A stretch of 64,000 nt of DNA from Candidatus Sigynarchaeum calidifontis (GTDB lineage: Archaea; Asgardarchaeota; Lokiarchaeia; Sigyniarchaeales; Sigyniarchaeaceae): NCBI GenBank assembly GCA_030587475.2, contig JAUQYZ020000035.1, positions 1 through 64,000 on the forward strand. Reading direction: 5' to 3'. Numbering within the stretch: the first letter of the stretch is position 1; each line of letters begins with the position of its first letter. A model generated the notes under the pieces. It did not search any database. It was not told the DNA's origin and was given only the letters and a program-made list of their open reading frames with translations. The position numbers and the translations under genes are program-made. Positions 41,348-50,925 of this stretch are shown here, in pieces.

Positions 41348-43162
41348 ATGGCTCACGATAAAGCATGGATCGGATATTATGATGATTCCACGGGAAATCG
41401 TTTCGAAATAGATCCCAATTTACTTGTAAAACATGGTGGTATTTTCGGTTCCACTGGTTCTGGAAAGACCGTTCTCGGAAAGATACTCATTGAGGAAATG
41501 GCCCTGCAGAAAGTTCCGTCAATCGTTATCGACCCTCAAGGGGATTTAGCGAGCCTTATTATTCCAAATGATGATGAGACACTCAAGGAGAAGGGCGTGG
41601 ATCTGGACCGGAAAGAAGAGTTCTTTGCAACGACGGAGATCCGAGTTTTTACTCCGAGCAGTAACAAGGGTATACCGATATCCCTCAATCCCGTGATTTT
41701 TCCCCAATTCAACATCGACGAGGTCGAGGTCGTGCGCATCCTCGATAACGTAGCCAACACTCTCGTGGAACTCCTTGTTAAGCTTGTTAAATACCCACCA
41801 GCAAAGGTAATTCAATCAAAATCTGTCATATATACCATTCTCCTCGAAAATTGGAATCGGAAAAAAACGGTCGGCGATCTAAAGCATCTTTCAAGCCTTA
41901 TGCAAGAAGATGACGATTTATACCAAAAATTTATGAACAAGAGTGAAAAGGACAAGCTCGTTATCGCGATGAACAATTTGCTCATCGGTTCGACTGGATT
42001 GCTCTTCTCCGGGCAAGCAAAACTGGATATCGGAAGCTTGCTTGAACCGAAGGATGATAAAACGCCCGTGAATGTTTTTTTCTTGAAATCCTTGCTGAAC
42101 GAGAATGAAAAGCACTTATTCGTTTCTATCTTGATCCAAGCCTTATATTCTTGGATGATCCAGCAAGGATCCTCGCCAACGGCTCGATGCTTTTTCTACA
42201 TGGACGAGATGGCACCTTTTATGCCTGCAGGTATGAGCGCACCGCCTGGCAAAGCAATGTTACTCTTGCTCCTCCGGCAGGCGCGAAAATATGGGATTTC
42301 TTGCGTGCTTGCATCCCAAAGCCCGAAGGACATCGACTATCACGGCCTTGACCAAATCAACTCGTTTTTTTTCGGGCGCATCTTGTCTGACCAATCCCAG
42401 CGAGTAATCAAGAATTTACTGGACACGAAGATGAACCCGGATCGAGTCGACGATATCCTGGGCAAGATCACGACGCTGACAACAGGCCAGTTCATTGGTT
42501 TCTTGCCAGATATGAAAGAACAGCCTACCCCTCAATTCAGGACCCGTTACTTGTTTTCTAAACATAACACGCTAACGGAGGCAGATTTAAAAAAGATTTT
42601 TCACCCGGACGTCCCAGAAGATGATATACCAGTGGATTCGGGTGTAATAACGAAAGTTCAGTCTGAAGGGGAAATTCAAATCGAAGCTCAAGAAGGCCCG
42701 AGCATTATCAGCATATCTAGCTCATCGGAGGGAAGTGACACGGCGACTATCCCAAGCAGTACGACGGCGCCGGGATATTACCGGTTCAAGCAGCTTAAAG
42801 AAAAAGCTATGGAAGACCTTCTGGAAAGAACGATCGAATATGATTTTTTTGAAAAAATAACCAGCACGATAAAAATCCGGAAGTTCATAAATTTGACGAA
42901 TTATAGCCCCGCGATGATTGGATACGTTAAAAAAATGATGGCCAAGTTTGAATACGAGTCGATATTCGAGGGAACATCGCCGAACGGGTTGCTCGTGAAC
43001 ATCTTCCAGCATGACAACGCCAATATCATCGTTGCCATTATCATTGCGGAAAATGTAATTAAAGTAGGTCTCTTTGGCACATTTACGAGCAATCAGCTCA
43101 AAGGCGATATCGAAAAATTGCTTGATGGTATTTCAGAGATATGTAAGAAAATAATTGTATAA
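41348..43162 (+). CDS. HerA/FtsK-superfamily ATPase (DUF87/DUF853-like) with C-terminal extension
   Basis: KHGGIFGSTGSGKT, IDPQGD, YMDE, RQARKYG, ASQSP. Confidence 0.88.
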   Translation: MAHDKAWIGYYDDSTGNRFEIDPNLLVKHGGIFGSTGSGKTVLGKILIEEMALQKVPSIVIDPQGDLASLIIPNDDETLKEKGVDLDRKEEFFATTEIRVFTPSSNKGIPISLNPVIFPQFNIDEVEVVRILDNVANTLVELLVKLVKYPPAKVIQSKSVIYTILLENWNRKKTVGDLKHLSSLMQEDDDLYQKFMNKSEKDKLVIAMNNLLIGSTGLLFSGQAKLDIGSLLEPKDDKTPVNVFFLKSLLNENEKHLFVSILIQALYSWMIQQGSSPTARCFFYMDEMAPFMPAGMSAPPGKAMLLLLLRQARKYGISCVLASQSPKDIDYHGLDQINSFFFGRILSDQSQRVIKNLLDTKMNPDRVDDILGKITTLTTGQFIGFLPDMKEQPTPQFRTRYLFSKHNTLTEADLKKIFHPDVPEDDIPVDSGVITKVQSEGEIQIEAQEGPSIISISSSSEGSDTATIPSSTTAPGYYRFKQLKEKAMEDLLERTIEYDFFEKITSTIKIRKFINLTNYSPAMIGYVKKMMAKFEYESIFEGTSPNGLLVNIFQHDNANIIVAIIIAENVIKVGLFGTFTSNQLKGDIEKLLDGISEICKKIIV

Positions 43163-43190
43163 GCTTTTTTTTCATTCGGTTGTGCTCGGC

Positions 43191-43661
43191 TCAAGAGAAT
43201 TGGAATTTAAAATCTTGATTGCACATGATCTTAAAAAAGGATGTTATTTCATCGAAAAACATCTTGAACTTTCGGAAGAATTCTGGTTTCCTTTCGGTGT
43301 TTACCTTTACATGCACGTGCACGTACCTACCATCTGTTGTCGTCTTTATGTGCTCTATCAAGTCTGTGTCAAATATTGCTGAGAGCATTTTAATGAGGCC
43401 ATCGTCAATGGGAATGAAAAACGTGATCTTTTCCAGAATCAAGCCAAGAACGACTTTTAATTCCGTTTTATGCGGCAACCGGTCATAATCTCGAGATGTC
43501 AATAAGATAAAGACGGTTTTCGTTAGAAGAACGAGATCATAGATGTCCATTTTCAGTGCGTTCTGCAAATAATTGTACATTAACAGCTTTTGGTTATCAA
43601 AACGTCGTATCGCTTGGATGTATACCTTTGTTGGATTCAATTCCCCTGGATATCCGGCCAT
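43191..43661 (-). CDS. Hypothetical protein
   Basis: ORF with G-rich SD (AGGGGGG) and TATA-like sequence upstream. Confidence 0.6.
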   Translation of the reverse strand: MAGYPGELNPTKVYIQAIRRFDNQKLLMYNYLQNALKMDIYDLVLLTKTVFILLTSRDYDRLPHKTELKVVLGLILEKITFFIPIDDGLIKMLSAIFDTDLIEHIKTTTDGRYVHVHVKVNTERKPEFFRKFKMFFDEITSFFKIMCNQDFKFQFS

Positions 43662-43818
43662 ACCCCCCTATCGATTTCAAGTATTTATACAACCTCGTTA
43701 ATAATGGCTCTGACTCCACCTTCCATCCACGTCGTGGTCTTGGCAAATAAATCGATAGATATAAATCAATCAAGCCTTTCAATCACCAAGAACCAGAAAT
43801 CTAGGTGAAATTGATTCA

Positions 43819-44346
43819 ATGCCTTTCATTTTCAACATGATCATCTCAACACCACGAAATTTCGAAACTGATGGGCTAGCTGAACTAGATTTTCTTGTCC
43901 ATCAGATATTTCCCGAAAACAAGCTCAATTACGGAAAAACCATCGTCACGGGCCTGATCTGGGGGAACTTGATAGGTGTAGATCCAGTCTTGGCCGTCCA
44001 TCGCATCAAGGATTTTGTTCGTGAAAAGGGCTTCCCCCTTCAATATCTCCTTAAATTCGTTCCCATACAAAAAGTGTTGTTGACCGATTTCGACGAGATA
44101 GAGAAGTATATCTTGAGCCAAATCGATCAAATCCGTGACGATGAGAAATACAAAGTCGTCGTGAACAAGAGACGCATTCATTATGAAAAAATCGAGATCA
44201 TCGAAAAGATTACTAAAAACATTCATAAAATAGTTGATCTCGAGCATCCGGATAAAATCATCAGGCTTGAAATCATTGGAAAGTACACGGGTATTTCGAT
44301 AATCAAGGAAAGTGACGTTTTCAGCACGGGTAAGAAGGTCATCTAG
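43819..44346 (+). CDS. THUMP-domain protein
   Basis: KFVPIQ, YKVVVNKR, VDLEHPDKIIRLEIIG. Confidence 0.85.
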   Translation: MPFIFNMIISTPRNFETDGLAELDFLVHQIFPENKLNYGKTIVTGLIWGNLIGVDPVLAVHRIKDFVREKGFPLQYLLKFVPIQKVLLTDFDEIEKYILSQIDQIRDDEKYKVVVNKRRIHYEKIEIIEKITKNIHKIVDLEHPDKIIRLEIIGKYTGISIIKESDVFSTGKKVI

Positions 44347-44984
44347 TTCTTTTGTTGCATGGTCAATGAAAAAATAGCCATTCTCGCGGCTGCTACCTTG
44401 ATAAGCCAGTCCGCCACGCCATATCTCTCAGACAACATTTCAACACGAGGTTCGTCATGACCAACCCAGGCATGGAAAAGTGCCCCATCCATTAAAAACG
44501 GCGTGTATTGCGGTTGAATCGGTTGGTATGAGAAATGGTTATTAAACGCGGAAATTATATCCGTGATGTCTTGAACATTCTCGGATTCATAAACGATGAT
44601 CATTACCACGCCATCATTTACCTCACGAGGCTTGTGGAATGAATCAGGTATTATATATTGCTTGATCACGCCTATTTGATTCGTGCTAAAGATATGCATG
44701 AGAATATTTATTACCGGATTTTCACTAACAATTATTCCATGCACAAGTTTATCTTTAAACGCGTGAAAAACGCCGTTCACAACGATATCTTCTTGAAATA
44801 CCAGTTTTGCTTCAAGAAAGAGTGTAATCACGCCGTTGAATTCGCTCTTGCTGGTGCTAAAGTCGATTAAACTCATCTTGCCGTCCTTCGACACGACATG
44901 ATCGATATAATGAAAGACCACTGCAATGTTCTTGCCAGCGATATTGAACTCGTGATGATTTCTCCCGGGCACGTGCCAAGTCAA
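44343..44984 (-). CDS. Divergent KEOPS Cgi121-like protein
   Basis: LEAKLV...VFHAF...SENPVINILMHIFSTNQIG resembles the Cgi121 core. Confidence 0.5.
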   Translation of the reverse strand: MTWHVPGRNHHEFNIAGKNIAVVFHYIDHVVSKDGKMSLIDFSTSKSEFNGVITLFLEAKLVFQEDIVVNGVFHAFKDKLVHGIIVSENPVINILMHIFSTNQIGVIKQYIIPDSFHKPREVNDGVVMIIVYESENVQDITDIISAFNNHFSYQPIQPQYTPFLMDGALFHAWVGHDEPRVEMLSERYGVADWLIKVAAARMAIFSLTMQQKN

Positions 44985-45030
44985 GGGGGCAAGAATAAAA
45001 TAGGTTTCAGCTTATCAAGATCGATACAAG

Positions 45031-45564
45031 TTGTTTGATTCGCGAACCCTTTTCGAGAATGTTGACTGCCCTAGTTGCGGAAAGCCGGCCCTCAGTCAAA
45101 AAGTTCACTTCTATAAGGAGCCCCGGTCAAAGGATGAAATGTTGTTTTTCATCACGTTGTGTGAGGCCTGTGCGTTCAAGAAAACGGAGATCATGCCCGT
45201 CGCGCCTAGTACTCATGCGAAATCCAATCATTATCGTATTTCTATCAAAGATCCAAAGGATTTAGAAATTAAAATATTTCGTGCTTCGACTGGTTCCATC
45301 GAAATCCCGGAGTTGGAGATCAAGCTCGAGCCTGGACCCTCGGCCGAATTCTTTATTACGAACATAGAGCGTATTCTCTTGAAATTCAAGGAAAGTTGTC
45401 AATTTCTCCTCAGAAATGATCCCGAACCGTCCGCGAAAGAAATTCTTGAAAAGCGGATTCGGGAGCTCGATGAATGCCTCGCGGTGAAGCGAGAATTCAC
45501 TGTGTTGATAGATGATCCGGAAGGATTTAGCTATGTCCTCCCTCCTAATCAGAACCTTGCATGA
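45031..45564 (+). CDS. ZPR1 zinc-finger protein
   Basis: CPSCG...CEAC, IEIPELEIKLEPGP, ITNIE, IDDPEG. Confidence 0.9.
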   Translation: MFDSRTLFENVDCPSCGKPALSQKVHFYKEPRSKDEMLFFITLCEACAFKKTEIMPVAPSTHAKSNHYRISIKDPKDLEIKIFRASTGSIEIPELEIKLEPGPSAEFFITNIERILLKFKESCQFLLRNDPEPSAKEILEKRIRELDECLAVKREFTVLIDDPEGFSYVLPPNQNLA

Positions 45565-45712
45565 CCACTCTATTGCTTTTTACTGCGCGCGATGTCCAAA
45601 GCCCGCCATCCTAGCAGAAACCTTATTGTACCAGCGAGATTCATGAGATCAATTTCTCACGTGTGTAAGCATGCACGTGAATATCAACTCATTACCATGT
45701 TGTGAACGACTT

Positions 45713-46939
45713 ATGCCCGGAAAGAAGCGTGTCGGCCTCCTCACCGGGGGCGGAGATGCCCCTGGCTTGAATGCCGTTATTTATGGCGCATTACTACGTG
45801 CCTACGAAGCAGGGAACATAGAAATCGTCGGGATCAAGAAGGGGTGGAAGCTTTTCGATATGCAAAAGGAAAAAATTACACCCGACGTGATCGACAAGTA
45901 TCTGGTTGCCCTGGATATCGCTGAACTTGATGATTTGCAGCTGAAAGGGGGTACCATTTTATATTCAACGCGTACGAACCCGTTTAAGGACGTGTTGAAA
46001 GTCAAGGATGAAGCGGAGCGGGAAAAGATTCGCGAGAAGGTGGGAAAGGACCTGGCCGAGAAAATGAAATTGCTAAACCTTGATGCGTTGATCGCCGTTG
46101 GTGGCGATGACACGCTGGGCGTGTCAGCAGCCATGTTCAAGTACGGCCAAGCGAGGGTGGTTGGATGCCCGAAAACGATAGATAATGACCTTGCCGGAAC
46201 AGATTTCACCTTCGGCTTTTTCAGCGGCGCACAGCTTGCAAGCAATACGCTTGAAAACCTCACGACGACCGCGAAATCACATCAACGTATCTTCGTTGTC
46301 GAGGTTATGGGGCGAGATGCCGGCTGGCTCACCTTGTATAGCGGTTTGTCCGCGGGTTCTGATATAATCCTGCTTCCGGAAACACCTTTTGATATGGAAA
46401 AAGATATAATAGATTTGCTCAAGGAGCGCGTCAAGGCGGGATATGATTATCATATCATCGCTTGTGCCGAGGGCGCGTATCCCACTCAAAAATCGATCGA
46501 AACCCACTTCAAGACCATCACGAAGGAAACCATCGAAAAACTGCCAAAGGATGCATTCGGGAACCCGAACCTCGCTTCCTTGAACATTGCAAGCGTGCTC
46601 GAGAAAGAATTGAACAAGCGCGAGGATTTGAAGAAATTCTTTGAAAAATATGACTGCGAATACGAAGTGCGCTCGGTTGTTCTAGGACACACCATGCGCG
46701 CTGGCCCGCCAAATGTATTCGACCGCGTTCTAGGATTACGATTTGGTTGGCATGCCATGGGCTATGTGATCGAGGAGAAATTCGGGAAAATGACATCGTT
46801 ACAAGGCTCGAAGATCGTCCCTACAGACCTTATTCAAGGATCCACGAAGAAACTAATAGATCCTGCATCTGATCTGGTTACTATTAAAAACGCAATGTGC
46901 CACGTCAAACACAAAGCCAAGCAGAAGATATCCCAATAA
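45713..46939 (+). CDS. Phosphofructokinase, predicted PPi-dependent
   Basis: LTGGGDAPGLN, GGDDT, PKTIDND (Asp104/Lys124 type), EVMGR. Confidence 0.92.
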   Translation: MPGKKRVGLLTGGGDAPGLNAVIYGALLRAYEAGNIEIVGIKKGWKLFDMQKEKITPDVIDKYLVALDIAELDDLQLKGGTILYSTRTNPFKDVLKVKDEAEREKIREKVGKDLAEKMKLLNLDALIAVGGDDTLGVSAAMFKYGQARVVGCPKTIDNDLAGTDFTFGFFSGAQLASNTLENLTTTAKSHQRIFVVEVMGRDAGWLTLYSGLSAGSDIILLPETPFDMEKDIIDLLKERVKAGYDYHIIACAEGAYPTQKSIETHFKTITKETIEKLPKDAFGNPNLASLNIASVLEKELNKREDLKKFFEKYDCEYEVRSVVLGHTMRAGPPNVFDRVLGLRFGWHAMGYVIEEKFGKMTSLQGSKIVPTDLIQGSTKKLIDPASDLVTIKNAMCHVKHKAKQKISQ

Positions 46940-47448
46940 TTTTATTCGTTTTCCTTTTAATACTTTACCTCGATGCATTTTAAGCATGCGTGCTGCTTTT
47001 CACGCATCACGGTTTTCTGTTCTTTTTCATTGCCGGTCTCGAATCGCTGCCAGATAAACGATCAAAGCCAATTTTTTTCAGAGTTTGCAAGATTTTATTT
47101 CAATGCGTGGTCGAATGTGCCCGCGCTATACTCGCGATCTCGCGTGATTCCTGCCCCAATTCTACTTGTAGCGCCTCGCATCGCTGGTTATGCGAGTGCC
47201 GGAGTCAAAGTGCCTCGCGAACACTTTATACATGCGAGATGTGGCATTCCCACCTTTCTGAACCGCCGTGAATTGTCCAATTCGGGGACGCGGCATCGAT
47301 CAAGCATTGCAAGATACCACGAACCAAAGTAAAAGCACGTTCTTGATGTGCGAGATTGCCCTTCTGTAGACTTAGTTTATTTGGTGTTGTTTAAATAGGC
47401 AGGTGGGATCTGATATCGATCCGAAGAAAAACCCCGTCGTGATCGTGG

Positions 47449-48435
47449 ATGGAACTTGTCGAACAAGTGAAAACGCACCTTGATTCAATCAAAGCGATAA
47501 ACGGCGTTGAAAATGTCGTTTTAACCCAAAGGGATGGAAATCCAATAGCATCATCTGGTGTATGGCTGTCCAAAAACGAGATTTTTCATGTTTCTGCTGC
47601 CACGAGTGCAATCTATAATGTTGGGTTGTCATTGCACGGGGTATGGTTGAAATATATGGTTATTGAGGGCCCGAAAGCAAAAATTTTAATCGCTCCTTTG
47701 CACGATGGCGCATTTGCCATTCAGCAGACTTCGGGTTCGACTATGGAATGGGCAGAATATTTCATAGCTCTTACTACGTTATCAAACGTGAATCTCGGAA
47801 GCGTATTTATCAAGACACAAACAACATTGAATAATATAAATGATTTAATCTTAAAATCTAACTGCAATTTCAAACCACCACTTCGGGAATTCAATGAAAA
47901 GCAAATCGAATACATCCTTAATAAATTCAATTCCAAGCAGGAAAACGACGAGATCAATTCTGTAACATCGTTTGATACGACCCTGGGATTCGAAACGTTC
48001 CAGAAATGCGAGGAAATCTTGTGGAGTTTTAATAAATGCGTTCCAGATCTGATTTACTCGTGTGTCTCGTTCAAGGGCGGGTATATCGTGAATTCAATAC
48101 AACCTCGTTCCGGTTTCAACTTGACACCCGATGCCGAGACTGCAATGTCCTTCTCGCTATACGATACCGCATCGAGATATGCTTGGCTGCTTAAAAAAAT
48201 GAATACCAGTTCCATTTTCCTCGATTGCAATCATTATTTTCATTTCATAATGGGGTTCGACGCCGGCATCTTCAGTTCCTTCATTTACAAGAACGAGCAG
48301 AAAATAGGCTTTATCCGATTGCTGTTACCGAAATATTTAGACTTGATCCAGAGGGTTCTTGATGAAAAAACTCGGCATCAACAGCCACCCGAGTTGGTGC
48401 ACGAAAAGATGTTCAGCACGCTGTTGATTCGTTAG
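47449..48435 (+). CDS. Tandem roadblock/LC7 (MglB-like) domain protein
   Basis: N-terminal GVENVVLTQRDGNPIAS...NLGSVF; second copy CVSFKGGYIV...KIGFIRL. Confidence 0.8.
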   Translation: MELVEQVKTHLDSIKAINGVENVVLTQRDGNPIASSGVWLSKNEIFHVSAATSAIYNVGLSLHGVWLKYMVIEGPKAKILIAPLHDGAFAIQQTSGSTMEWAEYFIALTTLSNVNLGSVFIKTQTTLNNINDLILKSNCNFKPPLREFNEKQIEYILNKFNSKQENDEINSVTSFDTTLGFETFQKCEEILWSFNKCVPDLIYSCVSFKGGYIVNSIQPRSGFNLTPDAETAMSFSLYDTASRYAWLLKKMNTSSIFLDCNHYFHFIMGFDAGIFSSFIYKNEQKIGFIRLLLPKYLDLIQRVLDEKTRHQQPPELVHEKMFSTLLIR

Positions 48436-48446
48436 GTGAACATGCT

Positions 48447-49349
48447 ATGAACTTGATGGACCTATTGTCGCTTTTCCCGCCGAATGATTTTGCACTTGTC
48501 TTACGTTGTGTTTTCGACCGGATCCCCGTGTTAGTTGGTGGAAAAGACAAGGATTTTCTTGACGATCTTCTTATCGAATTATGCGATTTTATGCCCATGC
48601 GGAAAGAAGTAATCTTTGGCACGGACTTTCTCGAAAGAGAAGAACACGATGTCATAATTCAGGAAGAACAGATGAATTATGATAACCACCGCCTCATTTT
48701 TCGTTCGCCAGTAAATTCTGGGGACATGATCCTTCGGAATATCGAAAACATAAAAGGCTGGATAATCGGGTTGTGCATGAACGGGGACGTTGATGCATTC
48801 TATGAAAAGGCTTCACGCATCCGGAAGAAAAGCCCTGTTTCTTTATTTATCAAGTTCAATGAAACAAATCAATTGGAATTCGTGAAATTATATGCTGAAG
48901 ATAATAAGAAACTCGATACCAGCTTGGAAAAAACGATCGTCAAGAAGACAATTTCTCAAACGGAACACGCGCTGGAACGAATCAAGCGTGTTTTGGATAA
49001 AAAAATACAAGGAAATAGCGATATCAACTCGTCAATCATCGCGAGCCTTGTCGATCTCGCTCAAGAGGAATCTATCATCAAGGATAACGTTTTCAAGAAA
49101 GAAGTCCTGGAATTTTATCAAGCATCTCGACGCGGCTTGGCCTTGTTAACACGGCTGAACTTTTTAAACCAATTCCAACCAGTTAAGATAGGGAGAAAAA
49201 CGTTTTTCGATGCTATCTCATATGACGACGTGAGCACGCCACGCTTCTTGGATTTCATTCAAGCAGAATGGGGCGAGTGTTTCCATGGATTAATTGATGA
49301 CAGCCGTCTTTCAGTTCTCGGCGATCACCTCGATAGCCTTTGGGGGTAA
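48447..49349 (+). CDS. Hypothetical protein with DENN-core-like N-terminus
   Basis: LLSLFPPNDFALVLRCVFDRIPVLVGGKDKDFLDDLLIELCDFMP...WIIGL pattern. Confidence 0.5.
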   Translation: MNLMDLLSLFPPNDFALVLRCVFDRIPVLVGGKDKDFLDDLLIELCDFMPMRKEVIFGTDFLEREEHDVIIQEEQMNYDNHRLIFRSPVNSGDMILRNIENIKGWIIGLCMNGDVDAFYEKASRIRKKSPVSLFIKFNETNQLEFVKLYAEDNKKLDTSLEKTIVKKTISQTEHALERIKRVLDKKIQGNSDINSSIIASLVDLAQEESIIKDNVFKKEVLEFYQASRRGLALLTRLNFLNQFQPVKIGRKTFFDAISYDDVSTPRFLDFIQAEWGECFHGLIDDSRLSVLGDHLDSLWG

Positions 49350-49354
49350 CCACC

Positions 49355-49930
49355 ATGATGATCAACTATAATGGAAGGGTAGTACAAACAAAAATCGTTT
49401 ATTATGGCCCGGCAATGTCGGGAAAGACTACGAGTTTGAAATCATTGTTCAAATTGATGAACAAAGACTCGGACCTGAAATCAATCGAAACCACTACTGG
49501 AAGAACGCTTTTTTTCGATTTTGGAACGCTAGACTTTAAAGGTATAGAGTGGACGATAAAAATCTACTTGTATTCAACCACAGGCCAAGATTTTTATCAA
49601 GGCACGAGGCCTGCGACGCTGTGCGGCGTTGATGGCGTCATATTTATCGTGGATTCACAACGAAGTTTACTTCAATACAACAAAAACTCGTGGAATGAAT
49701 TACGTCGGTTCTTTTCCGACAAGATCAAGCAAATTCCCATCGTTATTTGCATGAACAAGTATGATTTCGAGGACAAAATTTCGGATGACTTGTTGCGTGA
49801 CGAGTTGAAAATCTCAAAGAATCAAAACATCAAGATCATCCCTTCCGTCGCAATTGCGGGTATCGGTGTCAAAGAGGCATTTTGCGAAGTCATGAGCCAT
49901 ATATTCCCAAATTTTAAGTTGGAGATCTAA
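49355..49930 (+). CDS. mglA: MglA-family small GTPase
   Basis: INY...KIVYYGPAMSGKTT, GRTLFFDF, LYSTTGQ, GVDGVIFIVDSQ, NKYD, SVA. Confidence 0.9.
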   Translation: MMINYNGRVVQTKIVYYGPAMSGKTTSLKSLFKLMNKDSDLKSIETTTGRTLFFDFGTLDFKGIEWTIKIYLYSTTGQDFYQGTRPATLCGVDGVIFIVDSQRSLLQYNKNSWNELRRFFSDKIKQIPIVICMNKYDFEDKISDDLLRDELKISKNQNIKIIPSVAIAGIGVKEAFCEVMSHIFPNFKLEI

Positions 49931-49949
49931 CAAAATTCGAGGTGAACGC

Positions 49950-50150
49950 ATGAAAAAAATGATGCGCATCCTATTTGGAAGGGATAAATTGTTTTACATG
50001 GAGTCGAATTTCGGGCCTGTTGTCGAGGAGGGCTTGATCATCGGCGTTTCTATCGCGGCACTCTTGATACTAATTTCCGTTATCCTGGCCATCCTGGACA
50101 ATACTAAAAACCTATTAAATAACTTGACAAACGGCACGATCTTCGGATAG
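49950..50150 (+). CDS. Small single-TM protein, Flp/class III prepilin-like
   Basis: GGTGA SD; NFGPVVEEGLIIGVSIAALLILISVILAI followed by an amphipathic helix. Confidence 0.5.
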   Translation: MKKMMRILFGRDKLFYMESNFGPVVEEGLIIGVSIAALLILISVILAILDNTKNLLNNLTNGTIFG

Positions 50151-50158
50151 CTGCGCAA

Positions 50159-50623
50159 TCAAATCTCGTGGATAAAGAATTTCTCAACGCTATCGAGATA
50201 AATAATCTGAGTCTCCACGATATCCGGATTTGTTTGGAAGTTCTTCAAAACCGTGCCAAATGTTTCCTTGTTATCAGTTACGAACAAGGCTATAATGGTT
50301 TTCTTGTCTTCTGAGATGGCCAGGAAACCGATTCTCTTGTCCACTTTTAATTTATTAACTAGATCCTTGGCTCGTTTCTCACTTTCCTCGAAAATATGTG
50401 GCCCAATTTTACAAATGATGAGTGCCTTGTGCTTTAGGCCAACTTTATCCAAGTCCAGTTCTATGGTGAATCTTTTTATGATATTTTGTTCCTTAAGTTT
50501 GTTCACGCGAAAATGGATCGTGGTATCGGCAATGTTCGTCGCCTTGCTAAGCTGGATGAATGGACTTCTTGAATTCTTTAAAAGCTCGTTCAAGATGGAT
50601 AAATCTTTTTCACGCGTTTTCAA
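50159..50623 (-). CDS. Lrp/AsnC transcriptional regulator
   Basis: DLSILNELLKNSRSPF...TIHFRVNKLKEQNIIKRFTI. Confidence 0.9.
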   Translation of the reverse strand: MKTREKDLSILNELLKNSRSPFIQLSKATNIADTTIHFRVNKLKEQNIIKRFTIELDLDKVGLKHKALIICKIGPHIFEESEKRAKDLVNKLKVDKRIGFLAISEDKKTIIALFVTDNKETFGTVLKNFQTNPDIVETQIIYLDSVEKFFIHEI

Positions 50624-50644
50624 GGATTAGATCCACACGCCGGT

Positions 50645-50788
50645 TCATTCATTTTCTTCCTTGCCAGTAGAAAGACCGATGTAGACAAGGATTATTATGA
50701 ACAATACAATTCCCAAGGTCACGATGATGTATTCGAATTGCTGGAGATTGATCTGGAGAAAGTTCAAGAGACGAGCGATCGGGGACAT
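50645..50788 (-). CDS. Small single-TM protein
   Basis: 47 aa with one hydrophobic helix; upstream of the Lrp gene. Confidence 0.45.
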   Translation of the reverse strand: MSPIARLLNFLQINLQQFEYIIVTLGIVLFIIILVYIGLSTGKEENE

Positions 50789-50925
50789 GATCCGTGGCAC
50801 CTTCATAAAATCAAAGTATAATGCTCTTAAAAATTTATGGGATGCTCGTTTTTGCAATCATAAAGCCAGTTATTGCTCTGGGTTGCATCTCGTGTGAACG
50901 GTTGCTTTTTAACAAAAGATGGGCA

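Noticed and set aside
43597-43782. 61-aa ORF as a possible frameshifted N-terminus of 43191-43661
   Set aside because: The downstream gene has its own SD and TATA-like element; there is no evidence for recoding.
47158-47171. AATTCTACTTGTAG resembling a Cas12a repeat end
   Set aside because: Single imperfect copy, no array and no cas genes.
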